Positions 63,112 through 64,000 of a DNA stretch of 64,000 nt are shown one piece after another (the first letter of the stretch is position 1; every line of letters begins with the position of its first letter). The stretch covers positions 47,926,001 through 47,990,000 of the forward strand of contig OX597816.1 of assembly GCA_951406725.2 (NCBI GenBank), given 5' to 3'. The translations under genes and the position numbers were made by a program. The notes below the pieces were generated by a model. It had not been told where the DNA came from. It was given only the letters and a program-made list of their open reading frames with translations, and searched no databases. This DNA comes from Octopus vulgaris. Its lineage: Eukaryota.

Positions 63112-63482
63112 AATAATTTAAATGAGGAAGGAAGAAGTCAAATTGACATTGTGATCGTTTCCGTGAATAAATGATTTCTTTTTATTTCATATCGCATCCA
63201 ATGTTATGAATCACATTCTGTATATAGAAATATGTTATAGCAATTTTACAGTTTGCTTGCTTCCTTAAACATCTTGATTTGAAAATACAATTGATAGGTC
63301 AATTGTATTTTCAAATCAAGATGTTTGAGGAAGTGAATGAGCTATAAAACTATTATAGCATATTTTTATCTATAGAATGTATTATATCACATTGTATGTG
63401 ATATGAAATGAAAGAAATCATTCGTTTACAGAAACTATTGTAATGACAATTTGATTTCTCCTTTTCTCATTTGAATCATCAT
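63112..63482. repeat. ~370 bp palindrome (foldback)
   Basis: Inner arms aaacatcttgatttgaaaatacaattga / tcaattgtattttcaaatcaagatgttt are perfect around a 4-nt loop (tagg). The outer arms are diverged. Confidence 0.85.
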
Positions 63483-63495
63483 CATCATTGTTATG

Positions 63496-63576
<81 letters not shown>

Positions 63577-63580
63577 GTTT

Positions 63581-63790
63581 AAGGTGGTGACTGGCAGAAT
63601 GATTAGCTCAAAATGCTTAAAAGTATATCATTTGTCTTCATGTTCTGCGTTCAAATTCCGCCAAGGTTGACTTTGCCTTTCATCCTTTCGGGGTTGATAA
63701 ATTAAATACCAGTTGTGTATTGGGGTTGCTGTAATCAACTTAACCCCTTCTCTCCATATTTCAGGCTTTGTGCCTATAGTAGAAAGGATT
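63581..63790 (+). mobile_element. Family B SINE flanked by (TTA)n/(CAT)n
   Basis: Head and core motifs. Confidence 0.8.
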
Positions 63791-63884
63791 ATAATAATCA
63801 TCATCATCATCGTCATCATCATCTTCATCATCATCGTCGTTGTCGTCATTGTCGTCGTCATTATCATTATCATTATCATTATTA

Positions 63885-63928
<44 letters not shown>

Positions 63929-64000
63929 GAATGAGAGAGCTATGCATGCCATCAAAGTGACACTGGGGTAAAATATTACCATCATAACTACCTGTCTGAT

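Overview
AT-rich eukaryotic non-coding DNA (intron or intergenic), most likely from an octopus. That assignment is an inference from the SINE families and the very high microsatellite density. No intact host protein-coding gene can be supported; almost all ORF-track entries are translations of (TA)n, (TG)n, (TAA)n, (GAT)n or (GATA)n repeats. The window is a mosaic of three tRNA-derived SINE families, RTE-type short retroposons, R4/Dong-, RTE- and CR1-type LINE remnants, Tc1/mariner remnants, three related Tigger/Jerky-type transposase pseudogenes with PIP-box tails, piggyBac- and hAT-type MITEs, a Helitron and a probable solo LTR. The most interesting signal is a set of unrelated Penelope-like pseudo-LTR fragments, often arranged as tail-to-tail palindromes inside (TA)n. 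They carry minimal type I hammerhead-ribozyme motifs with palindromic stem III, and the core 3-8 pair covaries between families (C3-G8, G3-C8, A3-U8). A second signal is a ~2.8 kb hammerhead-capped, (TG)-rich insertion that splits a SINE. All calls were made by eye, and boundaries of degenerate repeats are approximate (about +/-20 bp).
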